From positions 1-64,000 of the IMG/VR virus record IMGVR_UViG_3300018005_000012: a DNA stretch of 64,000 nucleotides, one strand, 5' to 3'. The translations under genes were made by a program, and so were the position numbers. The stretch is from a virus. The notes beneath the pieces were generated by a model. The model worked only from the letters and a program-made list of their open reading frames with translations. It was not told the DNA's origin and made no database searches. Below, piece by piece: positions 47,641 through 57,754 of the stretch (within the stretch, counting starts at the first letter, position 1; every line of letters begins with the position of its first letter).

Positions 47641-48768
47641 CTAAAGACTATTGACCACCTGTATCACTGTGTATGCTGAAGTAGTGACCCCATTTGCATC
47701 GGTTCCTATCAATTTGAACAGCCCATGATAGGTAGTGGAGTCTCCACTTATAGGAATAGCCGGAGCCACATAAAGAGTAATTATGACAGGAAGAGGCGGA
47801 CTGTTTCTACTGAATCCAGAAGGTATCACAATCTGATTTGTGTAGACAGGATTAACACCACCAATGCCAAAATCGTAAGTCACACCATTATAGTAGATGG
47901 TGCTATTGGCAACATCTATTACGTTATCGGTTGGTTGAAATGCGTTGACTGGTTGACCAAGAGTAATGGTGACATCCGTTGGTGCGGTAGATTGGGGTTC
48001 AAGAGGATAGAAAGTGAAATACAAAACAGCAAAATTTGGCGGAGTAAGGCCAGCCCCATTAGGGAGCAAATTCACAGTATTGGCAAAGACCAACGGATTA
48101 GTTACAGGGTCAGGAGATTTGGTTGGGTCTGAGAGTATTTTTCCATACACTCCTAATCCATAATTTGTCACACTCGGTAAGACTACAAGTGTGAAACTAC
48201 AAGCGGCATACTTGGGATTGAGAGGGTCTGAATTATCTAAAGCATAGATGTTGACCTGATAAGAAGGTGGGTGATTGGGGTCAATAGCACCACCAGTGCC
48301 TAACGGATTTATCCAAAGAGTCTGATAGTTCATAGCCGCATAATAATGGAGAGGATTGGTCGTATCAGTCGAAGGAGTAAGAGTGAAAAAAGCGGGTGCT
48401 CCCTTCCAACCGTTCTCTATACTATCATAAGTGCCTGTAATCCAATTAGCAGGACTTGAACCTATCTGTCCTTGCCAATCGGCAGTAGTCGCATCAATCG
48501 GATTCAAATTTGGGTCTACAATGGTATCAATCCTTTGTATGAAGAAGGAAACGGCCAAGGTGTCATGGAAGCCTTTGATGGCAGAAAGATAGATTGTAAC
48601 ACTATCTTTGGTGGTTGCGGTAGCAGTATTAGTAGGAACTAAAGGGCCAGTGGGCGGATTGGGTGTTGAAGGGGGGTTGGCTGGAACGGTGTAGTTCTGA
48701 GGCACTTGAATCATGGCATTGTCTACGCCTATCTGGAAGTCGATTGAAAGCGTGGGCGGTGGAACCAT
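47641..48768 (-). CDS. Tail or adhesin protein (Ig-like)
   Basis: T/P/N-rich beta sequence in the tail module. Confidence 0.6.
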   Translation of the reverse strand: MVPPPTLSIDFQIGVDNAMIQVPQNYTVPANPPSTPNPPTGPLVPTNTATATTKDSVTIYLSAIKGFHDTLAVSFFIQRIDTIVDPNLNPIDATTADWQGQIGSSPANWITGTYDSIENGWKGAPAFFTLTPSTDTTNPLHYYAAMNYQTLWINPLGTGGAIDPNHPPSYQVNIYALDNSDPLNPKYAACSFTLVVLPSVTNYGLGVYGKILSDPTKSPDPVTNPLVFANTVNLLPNGAGLTPPNFAVLYFTFYPLEPQSTAPTDVTITLGQPVNAFQPTDNVIDVANSTIYYNGVTYDFGIGGVNPVYTNQIVIPSGFSRNSPPLPVIITLYVAPAIPISGDSTTYHGLFKLIGTDANGVTTSAYTVIQVVNSL

Positions 48769-48807
48769 ACTAAGATTCTAGAGGGTCTGAGGGCTTATAA
48801 ATGTTCC

Positions 48808-51800
48808 TTACGGAGCCACATATCCGTGAGTTCCATACACCCTTCGTTGAGTGGGGTCGTATACAATAGCGTTGTTAGGATTGCTAGTTCCACCGCTAGT
48901 GTAAATCTTAGTGTGAGCAGGGTCACACAGAAAGGAGTAGTTGACATAGACAGTATAGACAGCGTTAGTAGAAGCAGTCTGTGTGAGAGCCTGTGGCGTT
49001 TGGGTTCCAACTGCAATCGTTCCATCGTCCTCAAAGACCGTGGTTGGAGCAGTCACAGTAGTAAGCAACTTGAGATTAGACGAGGGATAAGGATTGGCTG
49101 GACTATTGGCTCTGTAAATATTGTAACTCTGAGCATACGGAACGGCTGGCCAAGAGATTTCAATGGTTTGAACAGCCGGAGGCGGAACCCAAGCCGATTC
49201 GGATACTGCATTAAGAGCAGGTTCAGGCACACTGTTATTGTTAGTGTTGTCTAGAGGAAGATTGAATGTAGTGTTTGCTTGGGAATATTCGGTCTCGATG
49301 CCTTCTGGATTCAATGCCGCTATGACATACCAATATTGGTCGCCACCCACAAACGATGAGCCAACAGGAACAGCATTTCCAGTGTATGCAACATTCAATC
49401 CTTTTGGCTGTCCTGCGGCAGTAAGAGACTGAACAAAGGGTTGGGTATTGGATGTGGGGGCCGTAAGAAAGTCATCCGAGAATGAGGGAGTAGGCACATT
49501 AGTAATGTATTCAAAAAGAAGCGGGTCTTGAATCAGGTTTGTAGTATCGTAAAATCCTCGATAGATGTTGTAACGAATGACAGGAAGCCCTGTCGTTGGG
49601 TCTATAACTGCTGGCCAAGTGACAAGCACAGGACTTATGTTAGTGCCAAAATTGACACTAAAGGTCTCATACGACATACCAAACTCATTATTGTTAGAAT
49701 CAACAGGACAATATATGTAACAAGGGCTATTCGCTGGCCCTGCTATTACACCACCACTTACAGTAGGTGCGGGAAGAGACGAGAAGAGTGGAGTAGGACA
49801 CCAAGGCAGTGCTCGTGAGTTGCGAAGTATGATTTCATACTTTCCACTCAAGTTAGGGTTTCCAACATCGTCATAAAAGAAAGGAGCAGAAGTATCAGTT
49901 CGAGGAGGTGGAGGCGGTAAAGATGTATGAGACTTAGAGATGAGAGAAAGGATGTTGGCTAGTTGATTGAGTGGTTGAATTCCATCATATATGGCCATCC
50001 CGTCTGGTTGGATGACCGTCAAATAGACATCGTTTGGTGTGACAGATGTATTGCCAGTAGAAGTGGTTTGAGTATCAACTTCAACCCCAAATTGATAGAT
50101 AAGAATGTCGTCTCCTTTCACCGAGGCTCCACTTAGACTTATAGCATCCATAGTATTAGGTGTGGTCTGGGCAAAAATCGGGATGTCCAAAGACTCCTCA
50201 TCCGCAACCCACACTCCACTCATTAGGTCTGGCGGTTCGTCTGCAACTTTTACATTGAAAGGATTATTTCTGTTGGTAATGAAGTCACCACCACTCTGAT
50301 GGGTAGCCGCCCCTTCCGCTTGTCGCCCCCTTCCAAGCAAAGTCTTAGCGGCTGGCTCGACTACAGTATACATGAATTGCATTGCTCCTGCGGGAGACCC
50401 ATGTATTTGATTATAGTTGGCGGCATCCCAATCTGCTATCGGAACATTCTGAACAGGGAAGGACAGAGTAAGTGTAATATCCTCACCATCGTCTGGATTC
50501 CACGTTATGTCTATAGTCTTGATTCTAGCAGTGAAAGCGGCTGTTATGAGTCCTGTCGTTATACTATCGTAAGAACCTTCCAAAAGATTCCCATTGCTAT
50601 CTTCCATCACATTAGCAAGACTTGGAGCATTTACCAGAACATAGTCTCCCGGATACATCGTATGGGTGCTTGCGTAAACGTAGTCTGGCTTTATCACGAT
50701 GTTGGGGATAGGGTGCTGGAAGAAGTTGATGCTCGTCCCTACAAAGCGACTAATCTCTCCTTGGTCTACTACGTTGGAAAGGGATTGGTTAGTCTGTTTC
50801 AACCCATACTCAGCAATGCTTCTCTGATTGTCTATCGGAAGAGCCACCACATCCGACCCCTGAAAACTGCCGCCAGAGAGAACATAACTGTTGTTCATCA
50901 CCAAATAGTCGTAGGTGAGGTCAATTGAAACGATGCTATCTCCTTCTGAAAAGATTATAGTATCTATAGGTTCGTATCCGTTTGTCACTCCAAACTCTAC
51001 ATAAGACATTGGATACACAAGAGCAGACGGAAGTGTTCCGATAGGGTCATAAGAGTTGTCTCCGAGATGGATTCCTGTTCTGTTGTTGCCATTGCCCAAC
51101 TTACTATGAACAGGGTCGAAAAGCATCACAGTTACAGTCGGTAGTTTGGGCGTAACAAACTCAGGATGTGGAATAGTAGAAGTAGGAGTGGGGTAGTCTC
51201 CAATGTCCATTCTATACTCTGCAAGGAAAGGCTTGCCTTGGTTGGAATTGAATAGAGCAGATGTTACCAATCTATCCACCACAGCAGAGATAGACTGATA
51301 TTGAACATTCATATTATCATTCACCACAATAGTATCAAAATCAGTAACATATGGGGGTATTACACCTATATTCATATTCCCTGCTCCATCATCAGCCAAA
51401 TTAGCCAAGTGGAGTGGGGGAAGATGCCCAGTCGAATAGGACTCTTGAAAGGCAAAGGTAACGATGTCTGCCCAAAGTTGGCCAAAAGCCAGACCCAATG
51501 TTGGATTGAGATACACCAGATAAGGGTTGGTATTAGGCTGAAGTGGCGGTGGACTCTTACCTGCAATCTGAAAGAGACGGGTCTGAAGCATATACCACAG
51601 ACTGGCAATCTGAACGGTGGTAACAAGTCCATCATCGGCAACGTGATAGGTCGGATTTGTAGTCATTCCTCTGAACTTGAGAGTCGTAGTTGTGTCTGAA
51701 TTAACACGATAGATGTAGACCTCTCTAGCCGCATCAATCTTCTGGATTCCAGCGAGAGTGATGGTTGCATTGTCTTCGGAAGGGGCGATGTTGCGTTGAA

Positions 51801-51894
51801 ATTTGATGTCTTTGAGAGGAGCAAGATAGGTTGGAGTGGGCAGAGTATTGATGTCTGAGTTGTATGTGACCAAGTAGTTGATTTTGTTAGACAT
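48808..51894 (-). CDS. Tail tip/baseplate hub protein with FN3-like repeats
   Basis: Directly after the tape measure; SIAEYGLKQ, YPGDYV, ARIKTIDITW; two W-P-A-V...YNIYR repeats. Confidence 0.75.
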   Translation of the reverse strand: MSNKINYLVTYNSDINTLPTPTYLAPLKDIKFQRNIAPSEDNATITLAGIQKIDAAREVYIYRVNSDTTTTLKFRGMTTNPTYHVADDGLVTTVQIASLWYMLQTRLFQIAGKSPPPLQPNTNPYLVYLNPTLGLAFGQLWADIVTFAFQESYSTGHLPPLHLANLADDGAGNMNIGVIPPYVTDFDTIVVNDNMNVQYQSISAVVDRLVTSALFNSNQGKPFLAEYRMDIGDYPTPTSTIPHPEFVTPKLPTVTVMLFDPVHSKLGNGNNRTGIHLGDNSYDPIGTLPSALVYPMSYVEFGVTNGYEPIDTIIFSEGDSIVSIDLTYDYLVMNNSYVLSGGSFQGSDVVALPIDNQRSIAEYGLKQTNQSLSNVVDQGEISRFVGTSINFFQHPIPNIVIKPDYVYASTHTMYPGDYVLVNAPSLANVMEDSNGNLLEGSYDSITTGLITAAFTARIKTIDITWNPDDGEDITLTLSFPVQNVPIADWDAANYNQIHGSPAGAMQFMYTVVEPAAKTLLGRGRQAEGAATHQSGGDFITNRNNPFNVKVADEPPDLMSGVWVADEESLDIPIFAQTTPNTMDAISLSGASVKGDDILIYQFGVEVDTQTTSTGNTSVTPNDVYLTVIQPDGMAIYDGIQPLNQLANILSLISKSHTSLPPPPPRTDTSAPFFYDDVGNPNLSGKYEIILRNSRALPWCPTPLFSSLPAPTVSGGVIAGPANSPCYIYCPVDSNNNEFGMSYETFSVNFGTNISPVLVTWPAVIDPTTGLPVIRYNIYRGFYDTTNLIQDPLLFEYITNVPTPSFSDDFLTAPTSNTQPFVQSLTAAGQPKGLNVAYTGNAVPVGSSFVGGDQYWYVIAALNPEGIETEYSQANTTFNLPLDNTNNNSVPEPALNAVSESAWVPPPAVQTIEISWPAVPYAQSYNIYRANSPANPYPSSNLKLLTTVTAPTTVFEDDGTIAVGTQTPQALTQTASTNAVYTVYVNYSFLCDPAHTKIYTSGGTSNPNNAIVYDPTQRRVYGTHGYVAP

Positions 51895-51896
51895 GA

Positions 51897-52772
51897 TTAA
51901 TACACACCTCTTTGTCTCTGTGCCGCTAGAAGGGTCTTAGCCAAAGCCGTTTCCACTTCCTGTCTCACTCTTGCCAAGTCCACATTGCTTGAAGCGTTAA
52001 TGGTAATCTGAACGTTGCCCATTCCTGCTCCAGCCGTCCCACCTTTCGGAACCACGGTCTCGCCCTGATGGAGCGTATATGGGCCAGTTCTAGGAACATA
52101 GCCACCGCTTTGCATACCGGGTGCAGCAACATGGGGAACTGTAGCCGCCTGATATAGCCCAATTCCTAATGCGGCTATGCCACCAATAACCGGAATCATT
52201 GAAAGTGCCATTCTTGCACTACTCTCAGCCGCACTCGCACCGACCAACCCCAAAGAAATAGTAAACAAATTCATAGAGGTTATCACATCAGTAAAAGATG
52301 AAGTAATGGTCGCCAAGTTCTTGGCTGTTGCTGTAACATAGTCATTGAGAGCAACCATCTCGTTCTTCTTAGACTGAGTGTAGAGAGCACCAACATAACT
52401 TGCGGCTGTGGTTGCTCTCGTTGCCTGTTCTGAGCCTTTGCCATAGATATTGACAGCCGTTGCCTGCAAAGCAAGTGCCTGAGTATATTTATTCTGAGTC
52501 TGAATGACATTGATTTGAGCCTGATACAAATCCACCAACTCATCAATGTTACCAGATACCATGTCGGCTGTAGCATTGAAAATAGTCTGCCAATCCTTTA
52601 TAGCAGTCTGAAACGTTTTCACTCCCTGAATAGCCGCATTCTGAGTATCAGAAAGTGCGTGTAGTGCTTCATTATATTCTTTAACCGAAATAGCCTCGTG
52701 CTCCAGTGCCATTTTTAGGTCTTCTATACTTTCTGCTAAGTCGATAATCTCTTTCCCACTCAGAGTTGGCAT
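51897..52772 (-). CDS. Short tape measure protein
   Basis: Ala-rich helical, hydrophobic segment, MQSGGYV...LHQGETVVP...NVQITIN C-terminus; follows the chaperone genes. Confidence 0.75.
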   Translation of the reverse strand: MPTLSGKEIIDLAESIEDLKMALEHEAISVKEYNEALHALSDTQNAAIQGVKTFQTAIKDWQTIFNATADMVSGNIDELVDLYQAQINVIQTQNKYTQALALQATAVNIYGKGSEQATRATTAASYVGALYTQSKKNEMVALNDYVTATAKNLATITSSFTDVITSMNLFTISLGLVGASAAESSARMALSMIPVIGGIAALGIGLYQAATVPHVAAPGMQSGGYVPRTGPYTLHQGETVVPKGGTAGAGMGNVQITINASSNVDLARVRQEVETALAKTLLAAQRQRGVY

Positions 52773-52786
52773 CCTACTCTATAAGT

Positions 52787-53337
52787 CTACGTCTCGCCTT
52801 TTAAGCCTTCCGCCTGTCCTAACTTCTTCTGTTCTCTCTCAAGTCTCCTCTTCTCGGCTTCAATGGTAAACTCATGGGCTAGAAGGAGTTCCCTTATCTC
52901 AAGACTGGTCATCTTAAGGGCTTCCTCTCTGGGGATGCCTATCTGGTCTTGGAGCACTTTCAGAACGACATACTTGTTGTATTTGTTCAGAATGGCCTTG
53001 GCTTCGTTTACTGTTTCTTGGTCTTTTCTTGTGGTAACTCCTGTAACGGTAAGTTCTTTAAGAGCGATAAAAAACTGGTTTCGTATTGGTTGAATCTTCG
53101 TATCTCAACCCAAAGATGCAATACCACTTCTCTATCCGCCACTTTCACCGCTTGTATGGACTCAAACTTAGGGGCGGCTGTCCCATAGAAGACAGTAAGG
53201 GCTTGCTGTTCCACAATCTTGTTTTGGTTGGCATCAACAAAGTCGTCCACGACAGCACCCTCTTCAAAGCCAAAACGCTTGATGGTGTAGGTCACTCCCT
53301 TAATCTTTAGAACCTTAGTGTCGGTAGTCACAAACAA
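52787..53337 (-). CDS. Tail assembly chaperone G (53008..53337) and frameshifted GT extension to 52787
   Basis: In-frame T TTT TTA heptamer at 53074-53068; -1 frame open for 94 codons (…IGIPREEALKMTSLEIRELL…). Confidence 0.8.
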
Positions 53338-53365
53338 TAGAAGGGCGAGAGACTATATAAATGTT

Positions 53366-53740
53366 TTACTCGCCACGAATGGCCCTTGCGTTCTCATCGA
53401 GCATTCTCTTCAAGTCTTTCGCCTCTAGTTCCTGTCTGAGTCTCATTACCTCACTTGCGGCAGAACCAGCCACTACGTTCTGATAGGGGTAATCTCGCAT
53501 GACCTCTGCAACAGAAGGAAGGACTTCTCCTCTTTCTCTTGCAATTTTCCCTATCTCTGCATCTCTTTTCGCACCCACATATATGCCCATAAGAGCGACT
53601 GGAACAATTATTGCGGTCATTGCTCCAATTCCTATCATTATCACTTCAATGTTTCCCATGAGTGTTCCTAGTGCCGTCATGCCAACTCCTATCAGACAGG
53701 CGATTCCGTATCCCCATCCACTTGTCATTTGTTTTTTCAC
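53366..53740 (-). CDS. Membrane protein inserted in the tail module
   Basis: Two TM helices, own TATA promoter. Confidence 0.65.
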   Translation of the reverse strand: MKKQMTSGWGYGIACLIGVGMTALGTLMGNIEVIMIGIGAMTAIIVPVALMGIYVGAKRDAEIGKIARERGEVLPSVAEVMRDYPYQNVVAGSAASEVMRLRQELEAKDLKRMLDENARAIRGE

Positions 53741-53800
53741 TCTCCTGAGCAGTGGTATAGTGAGCAGGCTTTATAAGGTTTCTTGCCGAAATGTCAAGTT

Positions 53801-54952
53801 CTATGTGTGCACAGTGGCTCCAGTGGCAGTCCAGTCCAAGTTCAGAGCAACTAGGTCAGCAATGGGTAGGGTGAGGTCTATCTTAGGTAGCACCGCACCT
53901 GTATAGGTCAAATAGTAGGTGGTAGCGGTAGAAGACTTGTATCCAAGTTTCAAAGTAATCTCCTGTTGAGACAGACCAGATGGGGCGATATCCAAATCAA
54001 CAAGATATACATCACCACCACCAACAGTTGGAACAGGTGAAAATGCGGCAGTGGTTATTGTGGTTGCAGTGTTTGACAAGATTATCTGCTTTTGACCAGC
54101 CGCAGGGCCAGTGAAGTAAGTAAGAGTCATGCCAACAAAGGCATTGACTGTCCAACTTTTGGTGCTGTCAGTTAGTATCGTTGCTATTGCACTTGTAGTT
54201 GTGCCTTGAATATTCAAGATGTTGACCTCATTCGCTACATCAGTGAAAGTGGCAAAGGTGGCTGTGATAGTGCCATCGGCCTTGCGTATCAGAGTCGGAA
54301 TGCTTCTGATAACGTCTGTATCAAACTGAGGCACACGCTGTAGATTATTGGTGATAGTGCCAGTGAAGGTCAAAGCCTGCACTCGTGGAGTTCCGGTTGG
54401 AACCTGAACACTCTCTTGAGAGAAGTAGAATGGGATGTTGGTAGGGTCAACAATGCCGGGGTCAGTAGGGAAGGTAGGGCCAACAGGAAGCCCATTCATG
54501 ATGTTTTGACACCAATAGGTGACTTCGACTTCGAGTGCTCCCCCTGTCTTTCCGCTAATCCGCACACTATTAGCCACGGCTCCAGTAACGGTATAGGTCT
54601 GGAGTGTATCATAATTCTTGATGATGAAAACGTGAGAGACCGTATTGACTCCAAGACTGTTAATGTCGTCAATCAGCATTTTAATGTCCTGTGGCCAATA
54701 GGTGATGGTGAAGTCTACGTTTCTCTGTCCTTTCAGTAGGTAGGCAGGAAAATCAGTCATCCCATCCATTCTGTAGACAAAGATTGGATTCTTATCTATC
54801 GTTGCCTTCATATTCTGCACTGCACCAACCCAATTGTAGACGGTTCCACCGGGATTGGACGTAGAGAGAGGAGCAACCCCATAGATGGCTTCTGGATACC
54901 ATCCTACTGCGGCTCTCCAACCTGCGGCTATAAGCGGAAATGTAGTCGGCAT
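53801..54952 (-). CDS. Major tail tube protein with inserted domain
   Basis: WYPEAIYG, KGQRNVDFTITY, TITNNL, YTGAV...LDWTA tube pattern; upstream of the chaperone and tape measure. Confidence 0.75.
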   Translation of the reverse strand: MPTTFPLIAAGWRAAVGWYPEAIYGVAPLSTSNPGGTVYNWVGAVQNMKATIDKNPIFVYRMDGMTDFPAYLLKGQRNVDFTITYWPQDIKMLIDDINSLGVNTVSHVFIIKNYDTLQTYTVTGAVANSVRISGKTGGALEVEVTYWCQNIMNGLPVGPTFPTDPGIVDPTNIPFYFSQESVQVPTGTPRVQALTFTGTITNNLQRVPQFDTDVIRSIPTLIRKADGTITATFATFTDVANEVNILNIQGTTTSAIATILTDSTKSWTVNAFVGMTLTYFTGPAAGQKQIILSNTATTITTAAFSPVPTVGGGDVYLVDLDIAPSGLSQQEITLKLGYKSSTATTYYLTYTGAVLPKIDLTLPIADLVALNLDWTATGATVHT

Positions 54953-54993
54953 TCTAAGAAGATAAGGGCTTCCCTTCTATTTAAAGATGTCTT

Positions 54994-55458
54994 CTACAGA
55001 GCGTAAGTCATTAACAGTCCTTCTTCATCAGGATTCTGGTAGTAGTGAGGAATGGTCAAATTGGCCGTATACCCGAACTTCTCATACATCCGAATGGCAG
55101 GCTCGTTGCTCTTCCGCACCTGAAGTCCGGCCATCGGCAAGCCTCGCATCCTCATCGCTCTATGTGCCGCTTGCATCAGAAGTTCTCCTATGCCCTGCCT
55201 CTGGTGCTCCTTATCTACGGCCACAGAGATGACGAGACCCATCATCATATAGCCAATCTTCTCCTCTCTACACATAACGTAGCCCACCACCTTGCCATCC
55301 ACCTTGGCTACATAGAACATATCGCCAAACTGGTTGTAGTGAGTCGTCCAAAACATCGGTTGATAACGCTCTGGCATACTAGCCATGTTGAGTTTCATGC
55401 AAGCAGGGATGTCGGCTCGTGTGGCATGAGTAATAGCAAAAGTTACACTCGTTTTAAC
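54994..55458 (-). CDS. Ard1/RimI-type N-terminal acetyltransferase (GNAT)
   Basis: KVVGYVMCR, SVAVDKEHQRQGIG, LQVRKSNEPAIRMY, PHYY..PDE; frame open to 55458 but first ATG at 55398. Confidence 0.88.
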   Translation of the reverse strand, partial: VKTSVTFAITHATRADIPACMKLNMASMPERYQPMFWTTHYNQFGDMFYVAKVDGKVVGYVMCREEKIGYMMMGLVISVAVDKEHQRQGIGELLMQAAHRAMRMRGLPMAGLQVRKSNEPAIRMYEKFGYTANLTIPHYYQNPDEEGLLMTYAL

Positions 55459-55952
55459 TCACCATTTTTTGCTCTCTTGATGAATTGACAACACATACAG
55501 AGGACTTGGTATCCCTCTGGAAAGTTGTTCTTGATGAGCCATGGATAGATTGCTTGGGTTCCTATTGCTTTTAAATGTTTGTTTCCACCACCTTCAATGT
55601 GGTCTATGCTAAGTGCTCGAATGTCTTTGGCTAGAGGACAATTCGGAAGATGTTTATGAAAGATGTCTCGACAATGGGGTTCAATAGCATCAGGGTCGAA
55701 AATTCTGGTGTAATGAAGCAGAACAATCTCTTTGTTCGTCACCCATCGCTCATGACTTGCGACAAGAATGAATTTGCGTTTCTGTCTGTAATAGCCTTTC
55801 TTTTGTTTCAACACTTGGGGTTTTCGACTAGCGTAATTCTCTTTGCTTCGTTTACATTGACATGACTTACACGCATAATAGTTCTGGCGAAAGGATGCTG
55901 GATACCAGTTATCTTCGGTAAGAGAGACACCACAATACTTGCAAACTGCCAT
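55443..55952 (-). CDS. HNH-type homing endonuclease, RALxIDHI family copy 2
   Basis: CKYCGVSLTEDNW...DIRALSIDHI...WLIKNNFPEGYQVLCMCC. Confidence 0.8.
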   Translation of the reverse strand: MAVCKYCGVSLTEDNWYPASFRQNYYACKSCQCKRSKENYASRKPQVLKQKKGYYRQKRKFILVASHERWVTNKEIVLLHYTRIFDPDAIEPHCRDIFHKHLPNCPLAKDIRALSIDHIEGGGNKHLKAIGTQAIYPWLIKNNFPEGYQVLCMCCQFIKRAKNGELKRV

Positions 55953-56009
55953 ACCCATTCTTCGGCACAAGACTATTTAAGTCTTATGGAGAAAAGTGGT
56001 CTTTCAGCA

Positions 56010-56708
56010 TTAGGTAAATCCAAGTATCTCAACAAACTCCTGAAGATACTTCTTAGGGATAGTTTTCCCACTTCGATAGGTCTTCGGGAGTTTGCCCAAT
56101 ATTTCATCCTTTGAGAGAGGACTGTTTAAAAGGTCTTTGAGAGTAACACTTCCTATCGCTTTCGCAAACTGACTACCCATTGCATCTAGCAGATATTCTC
56201 TCTTCTGTTCAAGTGTCCAATCACGCTTCATACCCTCTCTTAAGGGGTAATCTTTCTTCTCCTTAGGCTTGCCCAACTTCACGTTCTGATGAGTGAGAAA
56301 GAGGGCGGTGTCATACTTATCCGTGGTGATGACCAATCCTACACCAAAGGCACGGAAGGCGGTCAATACCTCATAGAAGGCCATCTTCCTCTCTGGATGA
56401 TGGCTAAAGTAGTCCGACAAACTCAACCACTTCTTGACCGACCAATCGTAGAATCCTAGCCCTTCGAGAATAATGAAAGGCTCATAAGCATCCTTGTTGT
56501 TCGAGAGGTCTTTCAACTGTTCAAAGATACGTCCATCATGAACAGAGGCCAGAAAGTCCTTCAGTTCTTTCCTCTCATACATCCTGTTCTTCTCCACGCC
56601 CTGAATGATGATGTCAGTGCCAATCTCAGAGTCCACTACAGTATCGGGTGGCAGATACTCCTTCAGAGTCTCAAATTCCTGCTTGTTGAGGAAGAGCGTC
56701 ATAACCAC
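56010..56708 (-). CDS. ERCC4/XPF-family structure-specific nuclease
   Basis: GTDIII...YERKELKDFLASVHDGRIFEQ...IILEG. Confidence 0.85.
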   Translation of the reverse strand: MVMTLFLNKQEFETLKEYLPPDTVVDSEIGTDIIIQGVEKNRMYERKELKDFLASVHDGRIFEQLKDLSNNKDAYEPFIILEGLGFYDWSVKKWLSLSDYFSHHPERKMAFYEVLTAFRAFGVGLVITTDKYDTALFLTHQNVKLGKPKEKKDYPLREGMKRDWTLEQKREYLLDAMGSQFAKAIGSVTLKDLLNSPLSKDEILGKLPKTYRSGKTIPKKYLQEFVEILGFT

Positions 56709-57133
56709 TCACACATCTCTTTCAGAGATGAGAAGATTTGGAAAGCCTCTTTTGGAATATCGTAAAACTTCTCATTATCTCCGCCTGCCTTGTTGGGCAC
56801 AACGACCATCGGAGAAGCCTTGATTTTGTCTACTGAGGTTATGAACACTCTCTCCGAGATTTCAATCAAGAGGTCGAAGTTTAGCGACTCATCGGGAAGA
56901 TGGACAGTAGAAAAGTAGTCCAAATCGTAAAAACGCTTCTCTATTTGCAGTCTCTTCTGATTCCCATGAATTGAACACAAAATGTCAAATGGAGACCTAT
57001 CAGGAATAGTCTTTCCGGCCTCTCCCAAGACCTCGATTCCTGCCTCTTTCAATGCGACAACCACAGCATTTTGCCCTATCATACCTAGTTCCCCATGTTC
57101 CTTGTCATAGATTTTCCTAGTTCCTTCTGGCAC
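56699..57133 (-). CDS. PD-(D/E)xK nuclease-like protein
   Basis: PFDILC...LQIEKR. Confidence 0.55.
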   Translation of the reverse strand: MPEGTRKIYDKEHGELGMIGQNAVVVALKEAGIEVLGEAGKTIPDRSPFDILCSIHGNQKRLQIEKRFYDLDYFSTVHLPDESLNFDLLIEISERVFITSVDKIKASPMVVVPNKAGGDNEKFYDIPKEAFQIFSSLKEMCEWL

Positions 57134-57135
57134 AT

Positions 57136-57363
57136 CTATCCCTTTAGCCCGAACCTTAATAAGTGTTTCAGCGTCTTGAGGCTGGTGTTCTCATCCCAAT
57201 TCACGTTCTTCTTGATAGACTTATCCCAACACTTATCACCCATTGGATAGCCCATTCCTGTAACACTTATCGTGGCCAACTCCTTCCCATTACAGAAGAG
57301 GCACAGTTTGTCGTCTATGGTCGGCACATTTCCCAACGGATTTGCTGTCGCTTTCTTGCCCAT
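57136..57363 (-). CDS. Small Zn-finger protein
   Basis: CLFC...DKC; TATA plus TAGGGGTGGT promoter. Confidence 0.65.
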   Translation of the reverse strand: MGKKATANPLGNVPTIDDKLCLFCNGKELATISVTGMGYPMGDKCWDKSIKKNVNWDENTSLKTLKHLLRFGLKG

Positions 57364-57754
57364 ACCACCCCTATGGCATAAACCTTTTTAAGTCTTTCTG
57401 TCCATAGGTTGCCGATGAGATTCGACATACAGCATCTCTGTGCCTGCAATTGCGGATGCAAAAGGATGTGTCCCATAGACTATGACTTGTGCATTGTCTG
57501 TGTAGCCAGTGGTCATGTAAAACCCTTAAATAGGGTGGCGAGAGAGGGTGTGGTATGAAAGAAGAAGAGTTCAAAGCCCAGAACCAGAAGGAAGCCCAAC
57601 TGTGTCCAAGAGGACACGCCCATGCTAGAGCCAGAGACGAAGGGAAACTCAAGTGTGAAAGTTGCGACTGTGCAGTAGTATGTAGGGTGGACACACTTAG
57701 AACTTGATATTTCGGCAAAAAGACTTAAATACTCGCTCCATATACATATAAGGT

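Noticed and set aside
57555-57707. MKEEEFKAQNQKEAQL as another LANxxEL member
   Set aside because: Lacks both conserved leucines and is offset from the N-terminus; kept out of the family
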